Positions 14,065 to 27,436 of a stretch of 64,000 nucleotides of DNA are shown here, in pieces. The translations under genes were made by a program, and so were the position numbers. The notes beneath the pieces were generated by a model. The model did not search any database. It was not told where the DNA came from and saw only the letters and a program-made list of their open reading frames with translations. The stretch comes from Podarcis filfolensis (taxonomy: Eukaryota). Positions within the stretch are counted from its first letter, which is position 1. Every line of letters starts with the position of its first letter. The DNA lies in assembly GCA_964270895.1 (NCBI GenBank), contig OZ185436.1; one strand, written 5' to 3'.

Positions 14065-17000
14065 GACTAAAAGCTTCCCTCAGACTTTCTAGGCACTCAC
14101 ATGATCTCCCAAAGCCATAGCAGATTTCTGGTGATTTCACCGAATACCACAAAACAAACCTCATTTGGGGGGGGGGGGGGAGAGAGAATTCAAATGTCAA
14201 CAGCTTGTCTGGCACACAAGTATTCAGTAGGTGGAATTTAAATAACCAGCTCTCTGTAAAACAGATTGCTTCCATTTCGCCATTATTCTCTTACAATACA
14301 AGGGTGCTATTCACTAGGGAGCTCAGGCATAATGCTTTATTTTTTCCAGAACAAAATAGCCTACAAGGAGAAATATGTGGGAAATTTAGTACTGGGGAAA
14401 TAGTATTATTGCCCCTCTGACCAGAAGGAAGTGTTGTAGCAACACATGACTCCTTCAATTAGCCCACATACAGAGGAGGAAAATGCATGTTCTGGTCATC
14501 TATATATTGTTCTTCCCTAGGTAAGAAGCTGCACCACTTACAAAGTGGCCATGGGTTTCTTGTGGCTGTCTCCTGCTTCCTGCTTCATGCATAAACCAAA
14601 AGCACCACCAGCAGCAGTAGCTTGGTCCTCTGGGATTGGAGGAAGAGAAACTATGTCATTCCCATTCATCTTCCTTATACCTGCCTAGCCAGCCCCAACA
14701 GCCGCAATCTGGATGGTGTTGTTGGCTGCTCCAAGCACCTTAAGGACCAGGCATGGCAAACACACCACAGTAGTGACAATGTGGTTGGCAGCCCCTGAGA
14801 GGCAGCAGCGTCAGCAACAGCGTCATTCAGAATGCAGTGGATGTCCTCGGCCATCTCACAAATGGTACCAGTGACTGGACAACCCATTTCCATGCTGTGG
14901 CACTGCACCAATTCTCTCTCCCGCCCTCCGTGTTCACATTTAACTATTTCTTCCTGTTTAATTTCTTTTTAGCTTTCGGAAAAAGTTATAAGGGTAGGGT
15001 GGGTGAGATGGTGTGCTGTTTATATAAATGCGTAATAATACAAAGCAATACAACTTGCAAATGAATAAAAGAAAAATGCATACTTTGCCATGAAAACCTA
15101 CATCTGATAAGGGATGGCCTTGTCTGAGCGATCTCTCTTCAAAACGGATGCCTGGTTAAAATCCAGATATGCTTGCATTTTAATCAACAAAGAGAGCTAA
15201 GTCATAATTTTCAAAAGGATACAAGCAAGCCTGTACCAAAACCCAACTCTCTAATTTAATCAACTTCCTTTAAAGCACTGTTCTGTATTAATAAAACAAC
15301 AAGATAGGAGCTTTGCTGATTCATGAGTATCTACATGCTGATGCTTGAACTGCAGGCCTGATGCTTCATTTTGACCTTAAAAACATGTTTTTATTGAAGA
15401 CGTGACAGCTTCCAAAGAACTGCTAAGTGCCTTCTTCCTCAGGACATGCCCACACTGGAGTTCCTTGCCTTTCCAACATTATTTCTGCAGGCCACAACCT
15501 GAAGTGTTGGAGGAGTTGAATCAGAAAGCACTGCACAGGGTGCAGGGTGTTGTTCTACCCTGAGAGCTCCTGCTAACCACAATGGTGCTACAAGCCACAA
15601 ACACATCACCCCAAATCTGCCATTTGGAGGAAAAGAGACAATTTGCCAGCGTGTGTGTTTGTCACAGCAGAGGTGCAGCACAGCTTGCAAGGACAAGATA
15701 AGTGAAAATAGCCTTATGCAGACATGTCTTTATAGATGAGAGCTTAGCTCCAGGCAAACAAACTTCTGCAGGAGATAATGGCATGGTCCTGCTTCACACA
15801 TTAGGACAAGGAGGGGAGTGTGATCACAGCTGCTGGCTCTGCTGCCAACCTGTGTGTGCTGACCTTGCATGAAGCCAATCCATTCAATGAGGAGCTATGC
15901 CATGACCACAATTCCCAACTACACACCTGAGTAGGACTTGCCCTTATGTTCCACTGAACACACACAGATTGGGAGCGGGGCTCTTAGCCACACACAGGTG
16001 GGCAGCGGAGTCACCTGCCGCAATCCTGCAACCTTCCACATGTTGATCGAATGAGCCCCATCGGCATGACACATAAGCCAATCCTTGGCTTCGCAAGATC
16101 ATGCTCATAGCCACTTTGCTCCTCTCTCGTAATTTTTACTGCTGCACCATTCTGAGCTAAGCTTTGGCTTAGGTTTGGCTTATCATGTCAGCCCAACTCA
16201 CAGTGAAGCATTCTCTTAACTTACCACAAGCTGTAACCATGGTTTGTTCTTGGCTCAGCTCAGCACAGCCGTCAAAAGGAACAGAGAGGAGTGAAAGTGG
16301 ATATGAGCTGTTACCTGTAAACCGGAACGTTCAGGTGGCTTTGCGAAGGCGTATTTTGTATTACTGTGTCTTGCAAACCAGCTCAGTGTGTGGAGGGGGA
16401 ACAAGACGACAGGAATTCAGACACCAGAAGGAAATTGAATCTACCGTTGTGAGTGACAGAAACCTGGGTATGATTTGGTTAAGAGAATCAAACTAAATCA
16501 TGTACATATTTTAAAGAAAATTGGATACTAGCTTTTTTTTTAATGATCTTGAAAAGAAAGCACACCTCACTTGACAAATACACATTTTACTCTCACCGTT
16601 ACAAATCTGCAGGAAAGAGTGAAGGAAACTCTCTTCGGCCTGTAAACATGACCATAAAATCTGTGTGGTCTAGAATATGCACTAAAATGGTTCTTTCCTG
16701 ATTTGCACCTCATTATAAACAGCACCCACACGCACAGACAAATGGAAGAGAGGCTGAAAAGCATTTTAGGGTTGTGCATGAAAAAGCCATCATGGAAGAG
16801 AAAAAGGTCTGAAGAATAAATATAAGAGCCAAAAACTACAACAGCTTGCAAGTGGGAGTCAGATGCATTTTCTATTGCCAAACTGAGCAAAGCCCCCCAA
16901 CTGCTAACGTCTTATTTGAAACGTGGAAGCCATTGTTCATAGCTGTTCCTGTATCAGGAGCGACCACAATGACTAAAGCAGGAGCAGGCAAGATGCTACC

Positions 17001-17654
17001 TGTTCCACCCACAACATCCCCTTTGAGCCATTTTCTATGCAACTTACCAGTTCAGCATGCCAATCACTTCAAAAAAAGACCTAGATCTTTTACGGCTTTC
17101 TAGAAAAGGCTGAATACAGCGATTGCATATCTTTAAGCAAGTGTGTCTCCTTCCAAGAAAATGCGATTAGAATCAACGTTCTAGGCAGCTGGGGAGAGAG
17201 GCTACCATGTGAGTCATTCCCCTCCTTGTCCCTGTAGCCCACTCCAATCGCGTTGCTCAAATACTTCCTTCCAAAAAGCCCCAATGTGCAACCTCCTGCC
17301 CATACCCACCAACCATCTTTTCACTAATAATTAGGTGAACTTGGGTAATTTCTTCCATTTACATATATTCTGATTGGACAAGGTCCATTTTCTTTATGCA
17401 TCTCTTTTGATTTCCATATTGTAAAGCCAGGAATGTTTTGGAAAAGGTTCTCTCCAGGTCTTAGAGCCAATATTTTAAACAATCATCATTATGCTTTTAA
17501 TACACACACCCTCTAAAGAAAAGCTCTGAATACTTTCTGCTGTCTTTGCAAGAGGAAATGCATAACATATTGTCCTTTCATACTGGCTCTAGAAAATGGT
17601 CATATACCTTAAGACAAACTCCTTCCCACTGAATTTTGAAAGCTTTTCCTCACA

Positions 17655-17865
17655 TGAACTCACCTGGACCCTGCAATCGCGATCTAAGGCCTTTCTCCAC
17701 TTGCCCCCTCCACAGGTCATCTGGAGGGTGGTAACATGAGAACAAGCCTTTTTAGTGGTGGCTCCTTACTTTGGGAATGTTCTCCTCAGGAAGGCTCACC
17801 TGATACCCTCTTTGTCTAGTTTTATGCACCAGGCAAACCCTTTCCTTTTTATCTGGGCTTCTGGC
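17655..17865 (+). mobile_element. Probable L2 LINE 3' fragment
   Basis: GCCTTTTTAGTGGTGGCTCC...TGGGAATG...CAGGCAAA resembles squamate L2 3' ends (recognition from memory). Confidence 0.5.
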
Positions 17866-18778
17866 CCTTAGTTTGAGGGATTAAGGATTTGTGGCCTCTG
17901 CAGACCTGTGCTCCATCACAGACAGTTGGAGCAACAGTGTAGCCACATCAATTCCTACTTTCTTAAACCCCCTGGTTTGATGCAGGGCACACAAGCACCT
18001 GATGGCTTCTCCTGACAGGCAGATCCAGCTGCTCCCATCGCTTCAAGTCCCTCCTTGAGCGTGGAGGGGATTCCAAAGGCTCTTCAACTTCTGAGACCCA
18101 CCCGCTGGCTCTTTTCCCGCCGCCTCCCTGTCTCTGACTGTCCAGTCACTTCCCCCTGACTCCCCTCTACCTCCATCCCTGGCAGCCCCCTCACGGGCAG
18201 CACAGAGCCTCACAAATCACTGGCCCCTCCCCCTGGATCAACCTCCCCGTCACCTGCCTCTCCCAATCCCCCTGCTCGTCCCTGACATCATGTTAAGCCC
18301 AAGACCTGTTCTTACATTATGCTTTACTGAAGGCTTTCAAAAGAACATTCACCACAAGGAATACCAAAATCTGGTATGACAAACACTTACTTTATTCATT
18401 ACCAAGACAAAGCTTCATTTTAGTATGGAGATTTGCCTTTAATGCAGTGCAGCAGAGCAAAAAAAAAAAAAAAAAAAGAAAGTAAGATATGTATTAGTCC
18501 AGCTAAATAAGTGGCCTCTGGAATAAAGATGGGGGTAAAGCTGGTCATTTAACAAAACCCAGTTACCTATCACAGGTTAAAGAATTGTGGTAGACAGAGA
18601 GGTCACAAATTAAAGGATTCCATTCCACACACAACTGTTACTGCCTTTATAAAGCAGATCTAAAACAGCAAGCAGTTCTAAGGTATCCAGTAAGTAGCTT
18701 TTGCAACAGGGCTTCTACACAAAGCTACCTGGAGCCAATCTATGTTCATTTGCAGCCAATGTCTTATTCTCAAGCTCA

Positions 18779-19213
<435 letters not shown>

Positions 19214-19244
19214 TCACGGTTTTGACCAGATATACTGATGGATA

Positions 19245-19396
19245 CCTCAGTCAGTACAGCAGGAGACTTTTAGTTGCAGGGTTGTGGGTTCAAGTCCCAC
19301 ATTGGGCAAAAGATTCCAGCATTGCAGGGGGTTGGACTAGATGACCCTTGTGGTCCCTTCCAACTCTGCAATTCTATGAACCTATGATTCTATGAT
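19245..19396 (+). mobile_element. tRNA-derived SINE with a CR1-like tail
   Basis: B-box-like GGTTCAAGTCCC followed by GGGTTGGACTAGATGACCCTTGTGGTCCCTTCCAACTC and (ATTCTATG)-like terminal repeats. Confidence 0.8.
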
Positions 19397-21987
19397 GTTT
19401 GGTTGAGGAGAAATCTGGCAGTGTTTGTTTCACACAACAAGAAAAGCCAAGATTAAAGCAAAGCAAAACACAGCTTCGCAGAAGTCTTCCTCCTGGCCAT
19501 GTGGAAAGAGAAGACGGGAACACATACAAACATGAATCTTTGCTCATGTTAACTCCAACTCATGCACACAGCACTAAACCATGGTTTAGTGTTACATGAG
19601 AACCAGGCTACTGGCACAGCAGTTGCACAACTGTGAACCCTGTACAGGGTGCTATTTCTTTACAGCTGGTAGTATAATTTGTGCTATTGGGTGTTAAGAG
19701 TTATGTGCCAAATAAAATGATGTACTAATAGTCTAATCAACATGTTAAAATGAAATAATGAATATGGATGCTACCCAACATAAGGTGAAGTATTAAAACA
19801 ATAAATTTCTAAACCATCCCCACTCAAATACGCACAATCTCAGACAAAATGCTAAAGGAAAGGCAACTAGAAATGGGGGCAGGTGGGCTCAAACCCAGGC
19901 CCCCAACAGGTAGGTCTGAACTACTAGCACCCTGGTTTGACAGCAATCTAAGCAGATTAAACTCTGTGGGTCAAGGGTGCCCCTCTAGACTTCAGTTCTG
20001 GCCTGAATACAGTTGTCTGGAGCCATAAGCCAGTCAAGATCCACCAAGTCCTTTAAAGCCTTAGCAGCTCTTCATCCACTGAGGAATGGAAATGCATATA
20101 TTGCAGCCCCAGGTGGTGGAGTTTCAGAAATCTGCTGGTGGGATTCTCTGAACTCCCAGCTCATCGTATGTTGGGTCAGCGGTCTTTGCCCACCTGCCAA
20201 CTCTTCTTTACACAATGCAGAGGAGACCACAGGCAAGAGAATGACTATAAGCAGGGTTTGCCAGACCTAGGATATTTAGCACAAGATTTCCTAAGGAAAA
20301 TAAAGGCATATTCTCTCTCTCTCTCACCACCCCAGATCAACAGCTAAAATTAGTAGTAGCCTTATTAGGTAACCAATCTGTGTAAATACAGGGCAGTACC
20401 ATACACTCCAGATCACTATCTAGTACTCGGTACACAATAAATTCTCCAGATGGAGGGGCATATAAAACTTTGTCTCTGCATAGACAGGACCTTCCAGGCA
20501 GAATCTTGCACAAGGCACTCATCAGATGGCATGTGTGTGTGTGTGTTATGTTTCTACTAGAGGAACACTGAGGCCAGTTTTTATCTACATTATTGCTTTC
20601 TCTTTTTAGGTCTCTGTTTAGAAAGCCTGCGGAGAGTTTACAAAGGGATTAGTTCCCAACATAAACACTCAAGGTGTGCTTGAGTCAGGCACATGCTATT
20701 GACGGTGGTAACACAGCTGCGATTCTGAGGTAAAAGCCAGCACGGTCTGGATGATGGCATTTTGGAGACTGGTGCTGAGAGAGTGCCTTTGCTGGGTGTT
20801 GCATGCACATTATTTGCACAGTCCTGTTTCTTTCCAGGAGAAAGAGATATGGTCTATTCCCCTCTCCCTCTTCTTCCATCCTTCTTATATGGCTCTTTAC
20901 AGGAGTGTCATGAACACCAGGAAAAAAGCAGGATGAGAAGTACTTTTAAGTATGCCCGCTTTTCCCTTTAGAACTTGAAGTAGAAGGGTCACTGCTCAGC
21001 TACTTCAGGAAAAACTGCAGTCTGTTGCTGGAATTCTTTTCTGGGGGCCTTTCTTATTGGGCTTTATTAAAAATCTGATGACCTCAGACTTTTACATCCC
21101 TGCTAGTGACTGACACTCAGTCATCCAAAAAACCCACACAATCCAGAAGCATCTATATTTGAAGATGTGAGACCCGTGTGATGAACCCCTAGAATTTGAT
21201 ATAGACCAAACAGAGCCACCTATAGGATCTGTGACTTGGAACCCCTGTGGAGAAGTTCTGAAGAGGCCAATATTCTGAGTTTTATTTCCGATACACTTTC
21301 CCAATTTAACCCCTTATTAACAGTCGTCACCGCTGGCTAGTTCTTCTGCAATGGGAGTTCAGAAGCACAGGAAGGTGGAACTGAGCTCTAAGTGAATTCT
21401 TGACTGGCTACTTAGACCACTTGCGTCAAGAGACAGATTTTCCTTTGTCACTGCTACACATGATACTTCGTCTGATGAAAGAGCTCAACTTTCACTGGTC
21501 TCAAATCCCCCCCCCCAAAAATGCGAGGCATTTCCCTGTCTCCTTCAGAATTATGCTGATCAGGAGACCCATTACAAGAAATGGATGCTTTTTCAGGCAA
21601 TCTTGTCTGGAACTCTGCACAATCTCTGAAACCCAAGACTCTACTCAAGCATTCAAAAAGTAACAAGCTAAGTGAAAACAATTTTGCCTTCCTTTCCCCT
21701 TACCCTCCAAATAAACTTTCTTCATATATGTTAACATTTGGTTTAATTGATTAAAAAGTTCTCTCTCTGGAAGTTCTTTCTGGAATCCTCATGTGCTAAG
21801 ACCTAATCGTTCTTAAGCTAGCCCTTGTCTTTCCAAGGAGATTCCACAAGGTTCAGTAAAATTTGGAGCCCTCTGGTACAATAAAATTAACTAACTTTTC
21901 TTCTTTATCCTCACAAGAATTGGGCTGGACAGAAGAACTTTACTCTATACGACTTAGAAACCCCACAAGCTGCTTGACAGTCTAGGG

Positions 21988-22544
21988 CAGGGGTAGAGAA
22001 CCTCAGGACCAGGGGCCAAATGTGGCCCTTGGTATTCTCCCACGGTCAGGCTCCCTCTCCTCAGGCCATACACCACACCAGCCCTGCTTCAAACACCAAG
22101 TATTTTTGCCTGGCGGAATTGTGTCCTTGAACTCAGATACTTCTTGCTCATCTGGATGGAGGCATAGATGACTGTGTAAAAACTACCTTTCTGTATGAAG
22201 GTAACATATTATGTTTGTCGCTCTGCCCACTTTTGCTTCTGGTCCTGCCCACCCCTGGGCCTCAGAAGGTAGCCCAGAAGATAATACAGTGGTACCTCAG
22301 GTTAAGTACTTAATTCGTTCTGGAGGTCCGTGCTTAACCTGAAACTGTTCTTAACCTGAAGCACCACTTTAGCTAATGGGGCCTCCTGCTGTTGCCGCGC
22401 CACCGGAGGATGATTTCTGTTCTCATCCTGAAGCAAAGTTCCTAACCCAAGGTACTATTTCTGGGTTAGTGGAGTCTGTAACCTGAAACGTCTGTAACCT
22501 GAAGCATATGTAACCCGAGGTACCACTGTATGGGCCTTGGACTG
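21988..22544 (+). mobile_element. hAT-type MITE, host of the nested Tc1/mariner MITE
   Basis: Left end CAGGGGTAGAGAACC; 8-bp TSD GTCTAGGG at 21980-21987 and 22545-22552. Confidence 0.75.
22287..22528 (+). mobile_element. Tc1/mariner-type MITE, copy A (242 bp)
   Basis: TIRs CAGTGGTACCTC(A/G)GGTTA, TA target duplication at both ends, internal TTAACCTGAA repeats; six related copies in the window. Confidence 0.92.
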
Positions 22545-23388
22545 GTCTAGGGTTTGTCAGCAGGCTCAGTCTGAGCAGTCAATCATATTTTTTTTCTTGG
22601 AGGGGGGGGGGACCCTTACGAAAAGGGAAACTGCCAGTAGGAGAAAGCCTCCCCACCCCCAGGTTCTTCATACCTGCAACAAAATGTTGTCGTGTGGAAT
22701 GCTCCTGTACAGGATTCCAGCTAGCCAGCCACACAACAACACTCCATTTCATTTTCCCTGCCTCCCAGTTTTCCACCCCATCCATCCCCTGCAAACAAGC
22801 CCCCTAATTTCCCTTTCCACCCACCCAAAGATTTGTGTTTATCTGCCAAACATGGAATTCCCCTTCCAGCTGAGCCTGCTGATACTCCCCTCCGCTGTGT
22901 GGGTGGTGCTGTCTTGGATCCATAAGGATCTACACACTTGGAGAATGAGTTCGCTGCAAGAGCCATGGATAATGATGATGATGATCAGATAGTGGATGCA
23001 AACAGTTATGAGGCGGGGCATTAGGCCTGCTTGTGAGGGTGGGGCATTTCGCCACAAACTGCTGAAGAGAAATGCAGGCACCACCCACTCCTCTCAGGAC
23101 CGCTGCTAGAATTCAAGAGCCGACTGTTATTAACAGAGGTTTCACTTGTGAGGAACTGCAAGCCCCTTGCAAGAGCCCTGCCTTTCCTTCCGTGGTTTAC
23201 ACAGCTTGTTTTTAGAGGAGAGCTACTAGAAGAAGCTTCCTTTTCAATTAAGCTTCTTGGAAGGCGTCCGCAGCGTAGCAAATTCCTCCAGCTCTGGATT
23301 CACACTTGAGGTGTGCGGGAAAGGAAGCCTATGCTGTGCGATAGCTGCACTGGACAGAACAAAAAGAGACAGTTTGCGTCTGTTTCCT

Positions 23389-23674
23389 TATAAGAACATA
23401 CTAAGAGCTTTGCTGGATCAGGCCTTTGGCCCATCTAGTCCAGCATCCTGCTCTCGCAGTGTCCAACCAGGTGTCTGTGGGAAGCCTGCAAGCTGGACAT
23501 GAGCGCAGGAGAACACCCTCCTCTTGCGGTTTCCAGCAACTGGTATTCAGAAGCATTCCTGCCTCTCCGACTGTGGAGGCAGAACAGAGCCATTGCAGCT
23601 ATTAGCCTTTGATAGCTGCCTTCTCCACGAATTTGTCTAACTCTCTTTTCAAGCCATCCAAGTTGGTGGTCATC
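23389..23674 (-). mobile_element. LINE 3' end, same family as 40057, reverse strand
   Basis: Reverse complement of ...GGACTAGATGGGCC...CTGATCCAGC...CTTAGTATGTTCTTAT. Confidence 0.8.
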
Positions 23675-25439
23675 TAAAGGCACTGCTGCAGCTAAGCCTA
23701 CACATACACACGGATTACAGATGAGGGAGAAATTTGGTTTGGTTTGGGTTTTGAATATGAATCTACTTAATTAACACTTCTGGAAACAATACGCAAACCA
23801 AAAGGCAGCTGTCCTTCAAAATGCACACCTCTTTGAATTCTGCAGTGCAGTTCTGCACCTAAGAAAAGGTGTACAGAAATGTACCTATTAGGGGAGGTGT
23901 GCATGAAGAAGCCAATATTAATGAAAACACACATAAATGCATTACAGTTAAAAGGATTATTAAAAGCAGCATTTCGGCATCTGTGCAGAAGAGCATAAAG
24001 GTCTGGATTCCACATGGACTGGGGAAGGGGGTGAGAAATAAATCCCAAGCACTATCAAAAAGAGGGGAACCCCCACCCCCTGCTGCAAAACAAACGAGGC
24101 AGAGGAGATGATGAAGCACTGCCTGCTACTAGAGGAACTTGCAAAATCACAGTTCACCGGAAGCCAGCCTGGAGCCAGAGGAACCTTTTGAGCCAGCAGC
24201 CAGAGCCAGCCTAGCTGTTTTCATTTCAGAGGAAGCGAAACAATGACTGAGGGGAACAAGCCTGTATTTAGAACACTCTGCTGCCGTGTAGGACAACAGT
24301 GATGCTGCTCTTATGACCACCCAGCGGAAGGCTGATATCATGAAACAAGAGAAAAGGGTTTATAATTTTTTTAAAAAAAAATTTGTTAAATTTGAAAATT
24401 TTATAAATAAAAAAATAAAAAAAGAAAGAAACAAGAGAAAAGGGAGGATGGTGAATAGGGAGGTCACTTGGATTGCCCTCTGGTAGAATTGATCTCCTGG
24501 ATGTGCCATATATGTGATCTTTGGTTGGGGTCGGGGGAATCTCTCTAGAACTTATTTTCTCATTTGGGAAACCCATAGCTTGGATCCACACCTAGCATAA
24601 ACAAACAAAAGCATCTGAGCCACTCACATAACTAAGTTTAGAGTGGTCACATATTCAAGTCACCCACAGCATTCCAACCTGCAAAATTCTCCCAAGCAAT
24701 TTTTTTTTGGTCAGCGCTAAACTTTTCTTGGTTCCAATCCAGAGCCAGCAGCACATTATCTTTATTTCTTAATGAAGGGAAGAAGGGAGATTTGAAGATA
24801 GCATTGCTGAAAGGAGATAGCTGCAATAAATATAAAATGCAAGCGGCACTCATAAAAGTGGTAGAGGCGAATGGTGAGAGAAGATGGGTCACTTATCAAT
24901 GACCTCTTGCACATTATCCAATAAAGCCACATTCCAAACAGGGCTCACAAACCACGGATGACAGAGTGGGAGGAAAAAGAAAGTATGGTCAAGAGAGAGG
25001 GGCAGAACCCAAGACCTTTGATGTAGAAAGGGTCGATACGGGCTCCTGTCCCAGGTGTTAACATGAAGACACACACACACACAATGTGCAATACCTGCGT
25101 ATTCACTATTAAGTGAATCAGATTTGTTGTGGGGTTTTTTGTTTTGTTTCTAGTTTGAAATAATTCAGAGATGATTTAAATATAAAATATTATAATGAAA
25201 AGCTTCCTCAGAGGCTTAGTAGGGGCAGAAGACCAGGCAGAGTATCACCCTTGCAGCTCTTCACTGGTCCTGTGCTGGCAGCCTAATACAAAGAACACCT
25301 GACCTTAAAGCACAGCTAGGAAAGGGAAAGGGGAAAAACACAAACTGGTGAAATCTTTGGATAGTCCTGTATCACTTGCCAAACGGATCAGTACAGGAGT
25401 AATTTGTTAGCGGGTGGGCAAAACGCAGGTAATAAAGTA

Positions 25440-25665
25440 CAGTGGTACCTCAGGTTACATACACCTCAGGTTACAGACTCCCCTAACCCAGAAATAGTGC
25501 TTCAGGTTAAGAACTTTGCTTCAGGATGAGAACAGAAATCATGCTCCGGCGGCACAGCAGCAGCAGGAGGCCCCATTAGCTAAAGTGGTGCTTCAGGTTA
25601 AGAACAGTTTCAGGTTAAGAACGGACCTCCAGAACAAATTAAGTACTTAACCCGATGTACCACTG
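25440..25665 (-). mobile_element. Tc1/mariner-type MITE, copy B (opposite orientation)
   Basis: Same TIRs and TA flanks; reverse complement of copies A and C. Confidence 0.92.
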
Positions 25666-27194
25666 TAATTTATCAGTGGGTGGGTATGGAAATGAGTTGT
25701 GCCAGTACCATGGAAATGTCTATTGTTTTTTGGGTTTTGTGACACCATTAAATGTTTTACTAAATAGCGCCTTCTAGAACATTTTGTTGTGAAGTGGAGA
25801 CACAAGTTGCCTGAAGAGCTTTAAATGGGCAGAGAAGAAAAAAGCGGCCATTGTGACTAAACCGGTTATCCAGTGGTATTTTGGACGACTTAAAACCTCT
25901 CTTACTAGTTTTAAAAAGGAGTTTTGCCTGACGGACACCAAAAAATGCCTCCATAGTGTTCCCCCACTGTTAAAAAGAAAGGAGTGATTTATACAGAAGC
26001 CTTCTTTGCTTCATGCCTATTGTGAACAACCAGCCAGGAAAAATGCTGACATTCAGATTGGAAGATTAAGCACCTTCCCTTTCTCCCTCCCCTTCAGACA
26101 GCAAAACTCCCTTCAAAGGATTTTTTTATAAAAAGAAATCAGTAATGTTCAAAGACCTAAAATCATACTGAGAACTCAGCAGGTGAGTGCCCGTGTGCCA
26201 GAAATATAAGCTGCCCAAAGCCAGCTGGATTATGAACCACAGCAGTTCCATTTTAAGAAAACAGTGCAAGCAGTCCAACATACGGTCAGCTTTCATATGA
26301 ATGAATATTTAAATCTGAACTGATCTTCTAAAAACCAGTGTGTGTGCATACTAGCTGCTAGCAGCACAAGACTGTAAAAGCAAGAGTGGCATCTCTTCCA
26401 TGGTTGCAAGAGCACCTACCACACTGAAGCAGCAGTACAGTGAATGCTTATTCCTTACTTACGTTGCTACAAGGTAATGTTGATAACTTTAGGTGATCCT
26501 GAGCACCTAAAGCAGTGTGTGTGTGCGTGTGTGTGCGTGTTCTAAGTACCAGAGATGGAAAGCACACAGCCTTCTGTGTACAAGCATAAAAATAGAAGTA
26601 AATAAGTGAAATGTTCAGGATTAACAAGGCACTGCAGGGTGCACAAATAAGACTTACTTAGTGATTCCTCCCCACAAGTATGTAAATATTCTTTGTCCTG
26701 GTAGAGCCAGGGAGCACTCTGTATCAAAGGAGAAATAAAACATCACAGAATGGCACAGGCTCGGGGAACTGCATTGCCTCATCAAGACTGCATATCACAG
26801 GCTGTCGGAGAATCAGAGTTCGAAGAGATCTCAAGAGGCAAGTTGTCCAACCACCTGTCACTGCAGAAAAGCCACCGCTATAGCATCCCTAGATGGATGG
26901 CTGATGGAATGATCGGAAGACAGCAATGTTGCATTCTTTCCTTTGCTTCTGTTGATGCCAACAAAAATCACATTAGACTTTTTAGGCCACGGCCCCACAC
27001 ACTCACTCTTGTTCTAGGAACACTATCTTTAGTTCAGTTCGGAATTTGGTTGTTAGTTATGAGAGCCATCTGCAAGTATTTGCTGGGAGGAGACACCATA
27101 ATCTGGTCCCAAGAGATCTTTATTGGTTGATAATTGGCTGCATTCTCCCTTTCAGAGATACAAGCACACTCTCTTACTCCTTGCTTAGGGATTA

Positions 27195-27436
27195 CAGTGG
27201 TACCTCGGGTTAAGTACTTAATTTGTTCCGGAGGTCCGTTCTTAACCTGAAACTGTTCTTAACCTGAAGCACCACTTTAGTTAATGGGGCCTCCTGCTGC
27301 CGCCACACCGCCGGAGCACCATTTCTGTTCTCATCCTGAAGCAAAGTTCTTAACCTGAAGCACTATTTCTGGGTTAGTGGAGTCTGTAACCTGAAGCGTA
27401 TGTAACCTGAAGCGTATGTAACCTGAGGCACCACTG
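27195..27436 (+). mobile_element. Tc1/mariner-type MITE, copy C
   Basis: TA-CAGTGGTACCTCGGGTTAAG...CCTGAGGCACCACTG-TA. Confidence 0.92.
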
